Source of the DNA: Geosiphon pyriformis uo1
Lineage: Eukaryota > Fungi > Glomeromycota
Assembly (NCBI GenBank): GCA_016748015.1
Contig: JAAOMT010000096.1
Location: forward strand, 68,803-132,802
Length of the DNA stretch: 64,000 bases
Reading direction: 5' to 3'
Shown: in pieces, positions 25,401-36,432 of the stretch
Layout of the letters: each line of letters starts with the position of its first letter
Numbering within the stretch: the first letter of the stretch is position 1
Made by a program: the position numbers and the translations under genes
Notes under the pieces: model-generated
What the model was told of the DNA's origin: nothing
The model's database searches: none
Seen by the model: the letters and a program-made list of their open reading frames with translations, nothing else

Positions 25401-28077
25401 TTATCACTACCCCCATGATGCTGAGATGATTTTCGACCTAGCAATGGCATTAATTGCTGGAGCTAACAAAGAAGATGTTCGCCAAATGAAAGAAGCAGAA
25501 TACATTGAATACACCATGGAATTAGCTGGATTCGGTTATGAAGACGAAGTAGAAGTCTATCACCAAATTGCAAGTCACACCTACTCAATCCAAGAAGCTC
25601 AAATTCAACAATTAGAGCAAATGAACATTAGGCTATGTGAAGAATGCATTATGCTTTGTGATGAACAGTGATGTCCTAAATGCTATGCTCTTAGCATTTC
25701 CTTGCCCAGTGAAAATGATGAATACGAAATTGAATTTGGAGAACTTGAAGCGACAGAAGAAATTGAGACAACACTCACCTATCTCATCGAAAATCAGCCT
25801 GCTTTACAACTCAAATATTTCAACAACAATGGACAAGGAATAAAACCAGAAAAAGTTCACAAGATTAATGCTAGATATGATCTAAAATATCCAGGAAAAG
25901 ATACTCTTACTTTCAAACCCAAATCTCTCACAAAAATCAACCTCAAAATTGCCTTTGAAATTCCACTAGGAGCAATGGTTCAAATTGCTTCTCAATCATC
26001 CTTGGCAAGCAAAAGAATCAATGTTAGAGGAAAAATCATTGATGCTGGATACACAGGAGACATCACAGTCATGTTACAAAATGAAACTGATAAACCTTTC
26101 AAAATTGGATATGCTGAAAAAATTGCTCAAGCTATCTATTTACTCTTAATTAACATTTTGGGTTTACAAGTAGTTAATCAAAGAGAACAGTTGGGAAAAA
26201 GTGAAAGAGAAACACAAGATTTTGGTTCAACTGAATGTTTCACAGTTCCAGTAAACATAGCTCTCAATGAACAGAAAGAATCTTACCAGATTTTACAACT
26301 TCCACAACCAATTACCATTTCACCCTTTGGAAAACACCCTGAAATTTACATTTGTGAAAAGCCAACAACCACACAACAAATTTTTGAATCAAATGAACAA
26401 ATCTGCTTGAAACATAATATCTTGATCCCAAACATTTATATTCCAGAAGGAACAAAGAAAGTCCGAGTTACTTTTTACAATCCCAACAATTATCCCATAC
26501 TTTTATTAAATAACTTAGAAATTGGAATCATTCACAGTAACATCTTTCAACAAGAATTACCCCAAACAGTCCCCAATTTTTCTGAAATTATTGGACATTC
26601 ACTACCAAAAATCAACTCAAACTCCAGCTCCGAAAACTACCATATTGTTATGGAAAAACTATCTTGAATTAACATGGGACAACTTGAACCACAACAACAA
26701 AACCAGCTCAAGAAACTAATTGCAGATTTTGCCGATATCTTTGCCAAAAACAACAATGACCTAGGAAAAACCGATTTGGTGCAACACCAAATCTATACAG
26801 GAGATGCCAAACCAAGGCGACAACAAGCCTACCGAGTTGCTCCAGAAAGCCACCAATTTATCTGAGAAGAAGTACAACGGATGCTTAACAATGGGCTTAT
26901 TCAACTATCAATGAGTCCATGGGCCTCACCAGTGGTCCTAGTTAAAAAAAAGAATGGAAAGATACAATTTTGTGTTGATTATCGACAACTTAACAGTGTC
27001 ACTATTAGGGATGCTTACCCTCTTCTGCAAATCGATGACATGTTAGATGCCCTTGGAAAATCTAAATACTTTTCAACATTAGACCTAGAAAGTGGATACT
27101 GGTAAGTTGCCATGAATCCTAAGGACTGCCCCAAAACAGCATTCACAACACAAGGAGGAAAATATGAATTCAATGTAATGCCCTTTGGATTATGCAATGC
27201 GCCAGCAACATTCCAAAGACTCATGGATGTTGTATATGCTGGACTTCTTTGGAAATCAGTAGTTGTCTATCTTAATAACACTGATAGTTATTTCCCATTT
27301 TTCGAACTTCATTTAATTCACCTGTGAGAAGTTTTTCAACGATTATGTAGGGCAGGATTAAAACTAAACATTGAGAAATGTCATTTTGGAAAAACAAGTT
27401 TGGCCTTTCTTGGTCACATAGTTAGTGAAGAAGGAGTCAAACCAGATCCAGGAAAAATCAGTGCTGTTAAAAAGTTCAAAGTTTCACAAAATACTACAGA
27501 ACTAAAAAGATTCATAGGATTAGCATTCTACTATCGGAAGTTTATCAAAAGATTCTCGGAAATTGCAAAACCCCTTAACCAGCTCACCACCAAAAATGTT
27601 GAATACAAATAGACTACTGAACACCAAAAAGCTTTTGAAATTCTCAAGGAAAAACTGACAACAGCTCCAATCCTCGCCTACCCGGATTTCAGCAACCGAT
27701 TTTGACTAGCTACAGATGCTTCATATACTGCTTTTGGTGCCATCTTATCACAACTAGATGACAATAGAAATGAGCGAGTAATTGCTTATGCTAACAGAAC
27801 ATTAAAACCAGCTAAGAAAAACTACCCTGCCACAGAACTAGAAACAGCAGCCATAATTTGGGCCCTACACTACTTCAACCTTTATCTCAGGCCTAAAAAA
27901 TTCGATATTATCACTGATAATATTGGACTCAAATGGCTTCAGAACAAAAATACTCAGCTGAATGCAAAACAAACCCAATGGACAGGATTTCTAGCAAACT
28001 ATTAATACATAGTACATCACAAACCAGGAAAACTCCACACCAATGTTGACTGTCTCTCCAGAATGAGACAAAATTAG
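22459..28077 (+). pseudogene. ORF1 polyprotein: N-terminal extension, Gag (CA, CCHC), aspartic protease, Cys-rich domain, dUTPase, RT, RNase H; one frame, point-mutation stops only
   Basis: All ORF fragments from 22459 to 27612 share one frame. CHYCGISGHWKRDC; LILDSG; dUTPase motifs at ~25840-26235; SPWASPVVLV, FCVDYRQLN, MPFGLCNAPATFQ, degenerate YLNN for YLDD; RNase H LATDAS...TELETAAI...ITD. Confidence 0.93.
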
Positions 28078-28126
28078 AAAACAAAAACCAACACTTAACT
28101 TAATCAACCAAAAGAGCCAACAAACA

Positions 28127-29491
28127 ATGAATTCAGAAAACTACAACAATCTCAAACAATATTTGGAAACATTAACAATTCCAACAGATTGGTCTCCAGA
28201 TGAAAAACATTGACTACAACAACAAGCCAAACAATATTTTCTACACAACAATATTATTTATTATCAAAATTTCAAAAACCCAGACAAACCACTCAGATTA
28301 ATACAAGAACAGAAAAAAGAGACCATATTATACAACATGCACTCAGATTCTTCATCAGCACACTTCAGAAAAGATAGCACCACCCAAAGAACACTAGAAT
28401 ACTACTTTTGGCCTCGAATGAGGAAAGACATTCACGAATATGTCAAATCTTATAATAGTTGTCAAAAAAAAGGAGGAACACGCCCTACTGAACCATTAAA
28501 TCCAATCAAAGTTGGACAACCCTTTGACCGAGTTGGTATCAATTTAGTCAGACCATTATCTATCACCACTTAAGGAAACCGTTATATTGCAGTAGCTGTA
28601 GACTATTTTACTAAATGGCCTGAAGCCAGAGCCATTCAACGAGCAGATGCGAAATCAGTAGCAAATTTTATCTACAAAGACATCATTTGTAGACATGAAT
28701 GCCCAATAGAACTTTTATCTGATCAAGGAACACATTTTATGAACAATTTAATCCAGGAAATTTGTGGACAATTTAATGTCAAGAGACCATTATCTTCACC
28801 CTATCATCCACAAACAAATAGACTGGTAGAATAGTTCAACAGAATATTGTGTGAATCATTAGCCAAAGTTTCAACCGATTTTGAGCAAGAATGGGATCTC
28901 TTTATTCCATCAATGTTACTAGCATATAGGACACTAAAACAAGATACCACAAAACACATACCATTTGATTTAACTTACAGAAAGATGGCAACATTACCAA
29001 TTAGTTTCACAGTAGAAACATACTCAGCACAACCAATCGATAAAAACAATTTTCAAGAAACGCTTTAACAAAGAGCCTACACTCTGCTTAGCACATTGGA
29101 AGGAAAATGATGAATAGCAGCCACCCATATTGAACACTCTCAAGCTCAACAAAAAGAATGGCATGATGACAAATTGCTTCCAATCACCAATGAATTTAAA
29201 ATTGGAAACAAAGTTCTCTTATACAGAACTAAAGCTGAAAAACAATGGAGTGGAAAATTTGAAAATAAATGGGATGAACTATTCTTTATCCATGAAGTTT
29301 TAGGCAACAGATCATACAAGCTAAGACTTGATGACAAAATTCTAGCAAAAGTTGCACATAGAGATTGTTTGAAACACTATAATTCCAGAAACAATCCTGA
29401 ACCATTAATTCCACAAATTGGTACACATTCCCTTTTAATCAATCCCGAAGACATTCCCCAAAATTTAGAACCAATAGTTGTCATTGAATAG
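28127..29491 (+). pseudogene. ORF2: stand-alone integrase (HHCC, DDE core, GPY/F-like tail), with premature stops
   Basis: Starts ATG-NSENYNNLKQYLETL in a different frame from ORF1. MHSD...AHF...YFWP...SCQ; PFDRVGINLV; LSDQGTHF; PYHPQTN; FKIGNKVLL...KW. Confidence 0.88.
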
Positions 29492-29633
29492 CCTCACAAC
29501 TTGAACACTTAATTTAAATTTATTATTATAGTTATCTTCTTATAATTTAGAAACAATCTCACAAAAACAAAACAAAAATAACATAAAAACCCATGCACCA
29601 AAAATAATTTTCTTTTATTTCAAATCGCTTATA

Positions 29634-30353
29634 ATGACTATTCCTCAAAACATTCAACAATTATTCCAAAAACTAATGTTAGTTTTAAAAACAATACCCG
29701 AATTATCCATTACTGTTATTGGAAACCACATTAATTATACCCAAACAGAAGTAGTTACAAATTTAGCCCCAAATTTACAAAAATATCACCCGTATAAGAA
29801 GAACACAAGAAGTTATACTGGAATTCACCTGCCAAAACTTTTAAAACTTGCTTTAAGAGAAAATCTAATGCTCATTCCGATTAGTATTCTACCAAATGCT
29901 ACAATTCAACAAAGACTTCAACTGTGTTTCAATGAGAAAAACACTGAATATCCTCCAATTTATAGATATTTTCACATTGGAAAAACACTCTACAAACAGA
30001 AACTGGAACTTACAACAGCAAACTTCGCAAAAAAAGCTATTCAGAAACAACTTCACAACGAATTCAAGACAACAGCTGGATCAATAAACAGTCGCTACAG
30101 GCTCAGAGCTGCTCTTAGACTTTATGACCTATTCCACACCTGTGAAAACGTACTACAAAACCCAATTTTTCAACCTTTGAAAATTCAATATATTGAAAAG
30201 CTCACAGAACTGAAATTTCAACAATTTTCAGACCAATTTTCTTCAATAATTTTGGATTATTATCTGGAAATGACAAACAGTACTTGGACTTTGATGGAGC
30301 TCAGTCTTGAGAAGGAGGTTATGTTATCAGATGAAATTAGAGATATTATTTAG
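29634..30353 (+). CDS. ORF3: 239-aa protein of unknown function, overlapping the PPT and the start of the 3' LTR
   Basis: Open from ATG to TAG. Eroded homologues lie at the same position in two other copies (~45653-46370 plus strand; ~6740-7430 minus strand). Confidence 0.75.
   Translation: MTIPQNIQQLFQKLMLVLKTIPELSITVIGNHINYTQTEVVTNLAPNLQKYHPYKKNTRSYTGIHLPKLLKLALRENLMLIPISILPNATIQQRLQLCFNEKNTEYPPIYRYFHIGKTLYKQKLELTTANFAKKAIQKQLHNEFKTTAGSINSRYRLRAALRLYDLFHTCENVLQNPIFQPLKIQYIEKLTELKFQQFSDQFSSIILDYYLEMTNSTWTLMELSLEKEVMLSDEIRDII
30309..30318 (+). promoter_or_regulatory. Polypurine tract GAGAAGGAGG
   Basis: Purine run 3 nt upstream of the 3' LTR TG at 30322. Confidence 0.8.
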
Positions 30354-31622
30354 CATAAAATTATCTTATAATTCCTATTATTAATTAGCATTGTTTCAAA
30401 TTATTACTTATTACATTAGCAAAAATGTCCGAAATTATCATTTAATTAATAACCCAAATTGTACACAACACAAATGTAACTTAATTGTGATGATCAATCA
30501 TGCAATACCCCAAACTATGTAATATTCAAAAGTTTGCCGAAATTTATAGAAATTTGCTGAAATAATTGATAGTTCACCAAAATATCTAATAGTTCGCAGA
30601 AATAACTTGTAGTTCGCCAAAATGTATCTTTAGTTCAGCAAAATTGTAGAAAATAGCAAAGTTCAAGTTCATAGAATAGTGTTACGACAAGTTGTATAAA
30701 AGAAGAGCTTCNNNNNNNNNNNNNNNNNNNNACTTATTACATTAGCAAAAATGTCCGAAATTATCATTTAATTAATAACCCAAATTGTACACAACACAAA
30801 TGTAACTTAATTGTGATGATCAATCATGCAATACCCCAAACTATGTAATATTCAAAAGTTTGCCGAAATTTATAGAAATTTGCTGAAATAATTGATAGTT
30901 CACCAAAATATCTAATAGTTCGCAGAAATAACTTGTAGTTCGCCAAAATGTATCTTTAGTTCAGCAAAATTGTAGAAAATAGCAAAGTTCAAGTTCATAG
31001 AATAGTGTTACGACAAGTTGTATAAAAGAAGAGCTTCTCTTTTCGAGAAAATGTATCTTACTTTTGATTTAACAATTAGAATCATTCTTTACACACAAAA
31101 AACGAAATAAATATCAAATAATTCGAAAAATCAAATCCTGAATTATTTCACTTTTGAAATTAACTAATTCCTACTAAACAGTTTGAAATTGATTAGCTAC
31201 CAATTTCAGTAAACTGTTAGTGACTCCAGGCCTGGATAGAAAACGTTTCCCTTGACAGAAATTTTATTTCTTTTACATTTCTTTTATTTTTCTTTTATTT
31301 TCTTATTACAATCATTAGGGTAGCCTACAGACAAGATTCCTGTAGAAGAGTTGACTTTCACAGCAAAATAACTACACATTTCTAGTGAGCTTCCAGACGA
31401 GCAATTCCTGGGAAAGAGTTAACGTTTACTATAATGTAACTACATAAAAGCAACTGGCAAGGAATTGGCCATTCTACTCATAAGCCCAGCAGCTCAAATT
31501 ATAGGAGATAATTTGAGGATAAATTCAGTTATCAGAGGTTCAAACACTTCCCATAATTGTAAATTAACAGCATTACAACAAACATACAAGAGCTAAAAAG
31601 AGACCAAAAACCTCTGGTAACA
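30322..31622 (+). repeat. 3' LTR of the family A element; contains a 20-N assembly gap (30712-30731) with a 306-bp overlap duplication
   Basis: 30406-30711 is repeated at 30732-31037. 1301-20-306 = 975 bp, equal to the 5' LTR. Confidence 0.93.
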
Positions 31623-34600
31623 GCTTGTAATTATTTAAAAATCAAAAAAAACTTGGCAAAAGTAAAAGAAAAACTCAAAACTTTAAATTAATTAAATAGT
31701 TTAAAGTTTTAGTAAATATAGCTTTCAATATACAAAATAAATCTTACCAGATTTTCAGATTACCAAAAACAAATATTATTCTATTTTTTAGAAAAATTTA
31801 TAAAATATACATTTGTTTAATACCTATTATTATTTAATAAATCTTCAAATCAAATAAACAAATATGTAAAAAATATGAAATTTTGATTTCAAATATTTAT
31901 TTCCCAAAAAAAATCAAAAAAATCAAGATTACTTTTTACAATTTAAACAATTATTTTATTATATTAAATAACTACTTGGAAATTAAAATTATTTATATTA
32001 ATATCTTTTAATAAAAACTATTACAAAAAGTTTTAAATTTTACAAAAATAATTGGACATTTTCTTTTAAAATTTAACTTAATTCTTACTATTAAAAATTA
32101 TTATGTTGTTATTAAAAAATTATCTTAAATTAACATAAAACAATTAAAGTTACAACAATAAAAAAAATTCAAAAAATTAATTGCAAAATATATAGATATA
32201 TTTGTTAAAAATAACAATAACTTGAAAATTAATTTGATTTAACATTAAATCTATATAAGCAATACCAAATCAAAATACCAGTAAACATATTAAGTCTTAA
32301 AAAGCTATTAATTTATTTAAAAAGAAGTACAATAAATGTTTAACAATAGACTTATTTAATTATTAATGTGTTTATAAATTTTACCAGTAGTTTTTTTAAA
32401 ATAAAAAATAAAAAAATCTATTTTTCTGTCAACTATTGCCAACTTAATAATAATATTATTAAAATATTTATTTTTTATTATAAATTAATAATATGTTAGA
32501 TGTTTTTAAAAAATCTAAATACTTTTTAACATTAAATCTAGAAAGTGAATATTAATAAGTTATTATAAACTTTAAAAATTGTCCAAAAACTATTTTTATT
32601 ACTTAAAAAAAATTATAAGTTTAATATAATGTCTTTTAATTTATATAATATACTAATAACATTCCAAAAATTTATGAATATTGTCTATATTAAACTTTTT
32701 TAGAAGTTAGTAATTGTCTATTTAAATAATATTAATGTCTATTTACTCTTATTCAAAGCTTACTTAATTCATTTGTAAGAAGTTTTTCAATAATTATAAA
32801 AAATCAAATTGAAATTAAATATTAAAAATATTATTTTAAAAAAACCAACTTGGCTTTTTTAAATCATATTATTAATAAAAAAAAGTCAAATCTAATCCAA
32901 AAAAATCAGTGTTGTCAAAAACTTTAAAGTTTTATAAAATACTATGAAATTAAAAAAATTTACTAAATTAGTATTTTATTATTAAAAATCTATTAGAAAT
33001 TGTCAAATCATTCAACTATCTAATTAACAAAAACATCGAATATAAATAAATAGCCAAATAATAATAAGTCTTTAATATTCTCAAAAAAAGCTTATAATAG
33101 TCTTAATTATTATTTATTTGAGTTTTAACAAAAGATTTTAACTAGTTATAGATGTCTTTTATATTGTTTTTGGTATTATTTTATCTTAATTAGATAATAA
33201 TAACAATAAACAAATAATTGTTTATACTAACAGAACACTAAAACCAGTAAAAAAAATACTTTGCCATTAAACTAAAAACAGCATTAATAATTTGGGCTTT
33301 TTATTATTTCAATCTGTATCTTAAATCCAAAAAATTCAATATTATTATTAATAATATTGAACTTAAATAACTATAAAACAAAAACTTTAAACTAAACACA
33401 AAACAAATCCAACAGACAAAATTTTTTGCAAACTACTAAAATATTGTATATTATAAACCAAAAAAGCTTTTCATAAATGTTGATTGGTTTTTCAAAATAA
33501 AACAAAATTAAAAATCTTAAATACCATCCAATTTAATTAACAATAACAAACAATAAACAATAAACTCTAAAAATTATAACAATCTTAAACAATATTTAAA
33601 AATATTTATAATACTAAAAATTAATTTTTAAGTAAAAAACATTGATTATAATACCAAATAAAACAATATTTTCTATATAACAATATTATTTATTATTTAA
33701 ACTATAAAAATTTAAACAATTTATTCAGAGTAATTTAAAAACATAAAAAAAAATTTTATATAACATATATTTAGATCTTTTATCAGTATATTTTGAGAAA
33801 AATAGCACAATTTAAAAAATATTAAAATGCTATTTTTGGCTTTAAATAATAAAAAATATTTACTAATATATTATGTCTTATAATAGTTGTCAAAAAAAAG
33901 GAGAAATATGCTCCATAAAACTACTAAATTCAATCAAAATTGAACAATTTTTTAATTAAATTGGTATTAATTTAGTTAGATCACTACTTATTACAACTTA
34001 AGAAAATTAATAAATTGTAATTGTAGTAAATTATCTTACTAAATAGTCTAAAACAAAAGCTATTCAATAAGTAGATGCAAAATTAATCGCAAATTTCATT
34101 CATAAAAACATTATTTGTAAACATAAATGTTTAATTAAACTTTTATTCAATTAAGAAACATATTTTATAAACAACCTAGTACAAGAAATTTATGAAACAA
34201 TTTAATATTAAAAAACTTTTATTTTTGCCCTATTATTTATAAAAAAATAAATTTGTAGAATATTTCAACAAAACACTTTGTAAATATTAGTCAAAGTTTT
34301 AACAAATTTTAAGCAAAAATAAAATTTTTTTATTTTATTAGTATTACTAGTATATAAAATACTAAAACAAGATATAATAAAACATATACTATTTAATTTG
34401 ACATATAAAAAAACAGCAATATTATTAATTAATTTTATAGTAAAATCTTATTTAATTTAACTAATTATTAAATACAATTTTTAAGTAATACTACATAAAA
34501 AAGTATACTTATTTTTTAGTATATTGAAAAAAAAAACAAATTGTAACTATCTATATAAAACACTTTTAAGCTTAACAAAAAGAATAACATAACAATAAAC

Positions 34601-34691
34601 TATTATTAATTATTATTATAAATAAACTTAGTAGAGTATTATATTAATGTTTAATGCTCTGAATTTGAGTAAAAAAGTCATTGTTACCCAA

Positions 34692-35665
34692 TATTACCAG
34701 AGGTTTTTGGTCTCTTTTCTTGAATATTGTTAATGTTGATTTGCTGTGTATTCATGTTTTCAGAAAGTAATTGGACCTCCAGTAACTGAATTTTTCTTCA
34801 AATTATTTCCTATAATTTGAACTGCTGGACTTATAAGTAGAATGGCCAATTCTATGCCAGTTACTTTGTGTAGTTACGTTGTAGTAAACATCAACTTTTT
34901 CTTAGGAATTGCTTGTCTGGAAGCTTACTAAAAAATGTGTAATTACTTTGCTGTGAAAGTCAACTCTTCTACAGGAATCTTGTCTGTAGACTACCCCAAT
35001 AATTGTAATAAGAAAAGAAGAAAAAAAATAAAAGAAATGTAAAAGAAATAGAATTCTGTTAAGAGAAACGTTTTTTATTCAGGCTTAGAGTCACTAACAG
35101 TTTATTGAAATTAGTAGTTAATCAATTTCAAAACATTAGTTGTGTTAAGGGAATTTCAAGTACAATAATCAAAAAATTTGGGTTTCAAATATTTACTTTT
35201 TATTTGAAATGTGTAAAAAGTAATTTGTTTCAATTAAGATATCTAAAGTAAAATACTATGATAAAATACAATGAAAAGATACATTTTTTTGAAGCAAGAA
35301 GCTCTTTTTTTATACAACTTGTTGTAATATTAGTCTTTGAACTTGCACTTTTCTCTTTGCTACTATTTGGGTGAACTAAAAATACATTTTGGCAAACTAC
35401 AAGTTATTTTACTGAACTATTGATTATTTCGGTCAATTTTCATTAATTTCAGCAAATTTTGACTATGTTAAATGGTTCAGAGTATTGTGTAATTTGATTA
35501 TCTTAATTTTTATTGTACAAATCAGATTATTGATTAAGTAATAATATTTGATAATTTAACTAAATAATAAGTGATAATCAAAATAATAATAATATATGCT
35601 AATTAATAATAAGAATTATGAGGGTAATTTTATGTTAATTAATAGCTAAAGTTTTATTGATAATA
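34692..35665 (-). mobile_element. Solo LTR, family A (974 bp)
   Basis: Homologous to 3463-4390; flanks CCAA/TCAA; no PBS or PPT adjacent. Confidence 0.88.
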
Positions 35666-35754
35666 TCAAGTAGAAAAACCGATCCAAAATTATGAAGAAA
35701 CATGACCAAAATGTGACATAATACAGAATAGTATGCAATAATGTTGGATAATGT

Positions 35755-36432
35755 TATTATGGTTGAAACTCATAGTTTTTATTAGTTATCACATGTATTA
35801 GCCACTGATGTCATATAATTAGCCACCCTATTTTTAAATAGTGATCATTGACCTGATTATTGACCTGATTATTGATCTGATCATTGATCTGGTCATTGAC
35901 CACTTTCAATAGATATATAAGTGATAAGTCTCTTAGCTGTAGAAAAAAAGAATCAATGAAAAGAATCAAGACAATCAAAGAAATAAAATAACAAACTTCT
36001 ATTTCAAACATTCTCTTATCGCTAATTTCCCTTTCTCTACCTTTAAGTATTTAAACATTTTTTGGATAAAAGATTACTTGTTGACACTTTTCTGAAACAT
36101 GTAATTGCAGTATTTGAAGATTATTTGAATAAATGTGACTGAAGAGCACAAGTTGATATCTGATATTGAATTCTAAGAGTGCTGACATGAGACATAGAAT
36201 TATACTAGTGGTTATCAATTGTTGACAGTACGGACTATTCCTCTACCTTCAGATTCTCTTGTTATTTTTTGAAAAGAATAGCAACTGAAACATTTTATGA
36301 GACTGATCTCACACATTGAATCCATACTCATTCAATTTGCTCATTGAAGTTGAATTCCTTTTGATTATTTTCATTACTCTACAATTCTGTTCTCTCTTGC
36401 TATTTATTAGCTTGTTACTCTAACCTGTAACA
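35755..36432 (+). mobile_element. Solo LTR, family B (678 bp)
   Basis: TSD ATGT at 35751-35754 and 36433-36436; ends GTAACA; reverse complement of 5273-5940. Confidence 0.88.

Larger units (their letters stand above)
21439..31622 (+). mobile_element. Structurally complete Ty3/Gypsy LTR retrotransposon (family A)
   Basis: Termini TGTTACCAGA...TCTGGTAACA form a perfect 10-bp inverted repeat. 4-bp TSD GCTT (21435-21438, 31623-31626); PBS; PPT; domain order PR-RT-RH-IN. Confidence 0.97.

Noticed and set aside
29380-29491. Chromodomain at the integrase C-terminus
   Set aside because: The tail is short and Pro/Ile-rich, without aromatic-cage or YLVKW-type motifs.
29634-30353. ORF3 as an env gene
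   Set aside because: No convincing signal peptide, furin site, fusion peptide or C-terminal transmembrane anchor.
30406-31037. Apparent tandem duplication inside the 3' LTR
   Set aside because: The 306-bp copies look identical and flank a 20-N scaffold gap. Removing one restores exactly the 975-bp LTR length, so this is an assembly overlap artefact.
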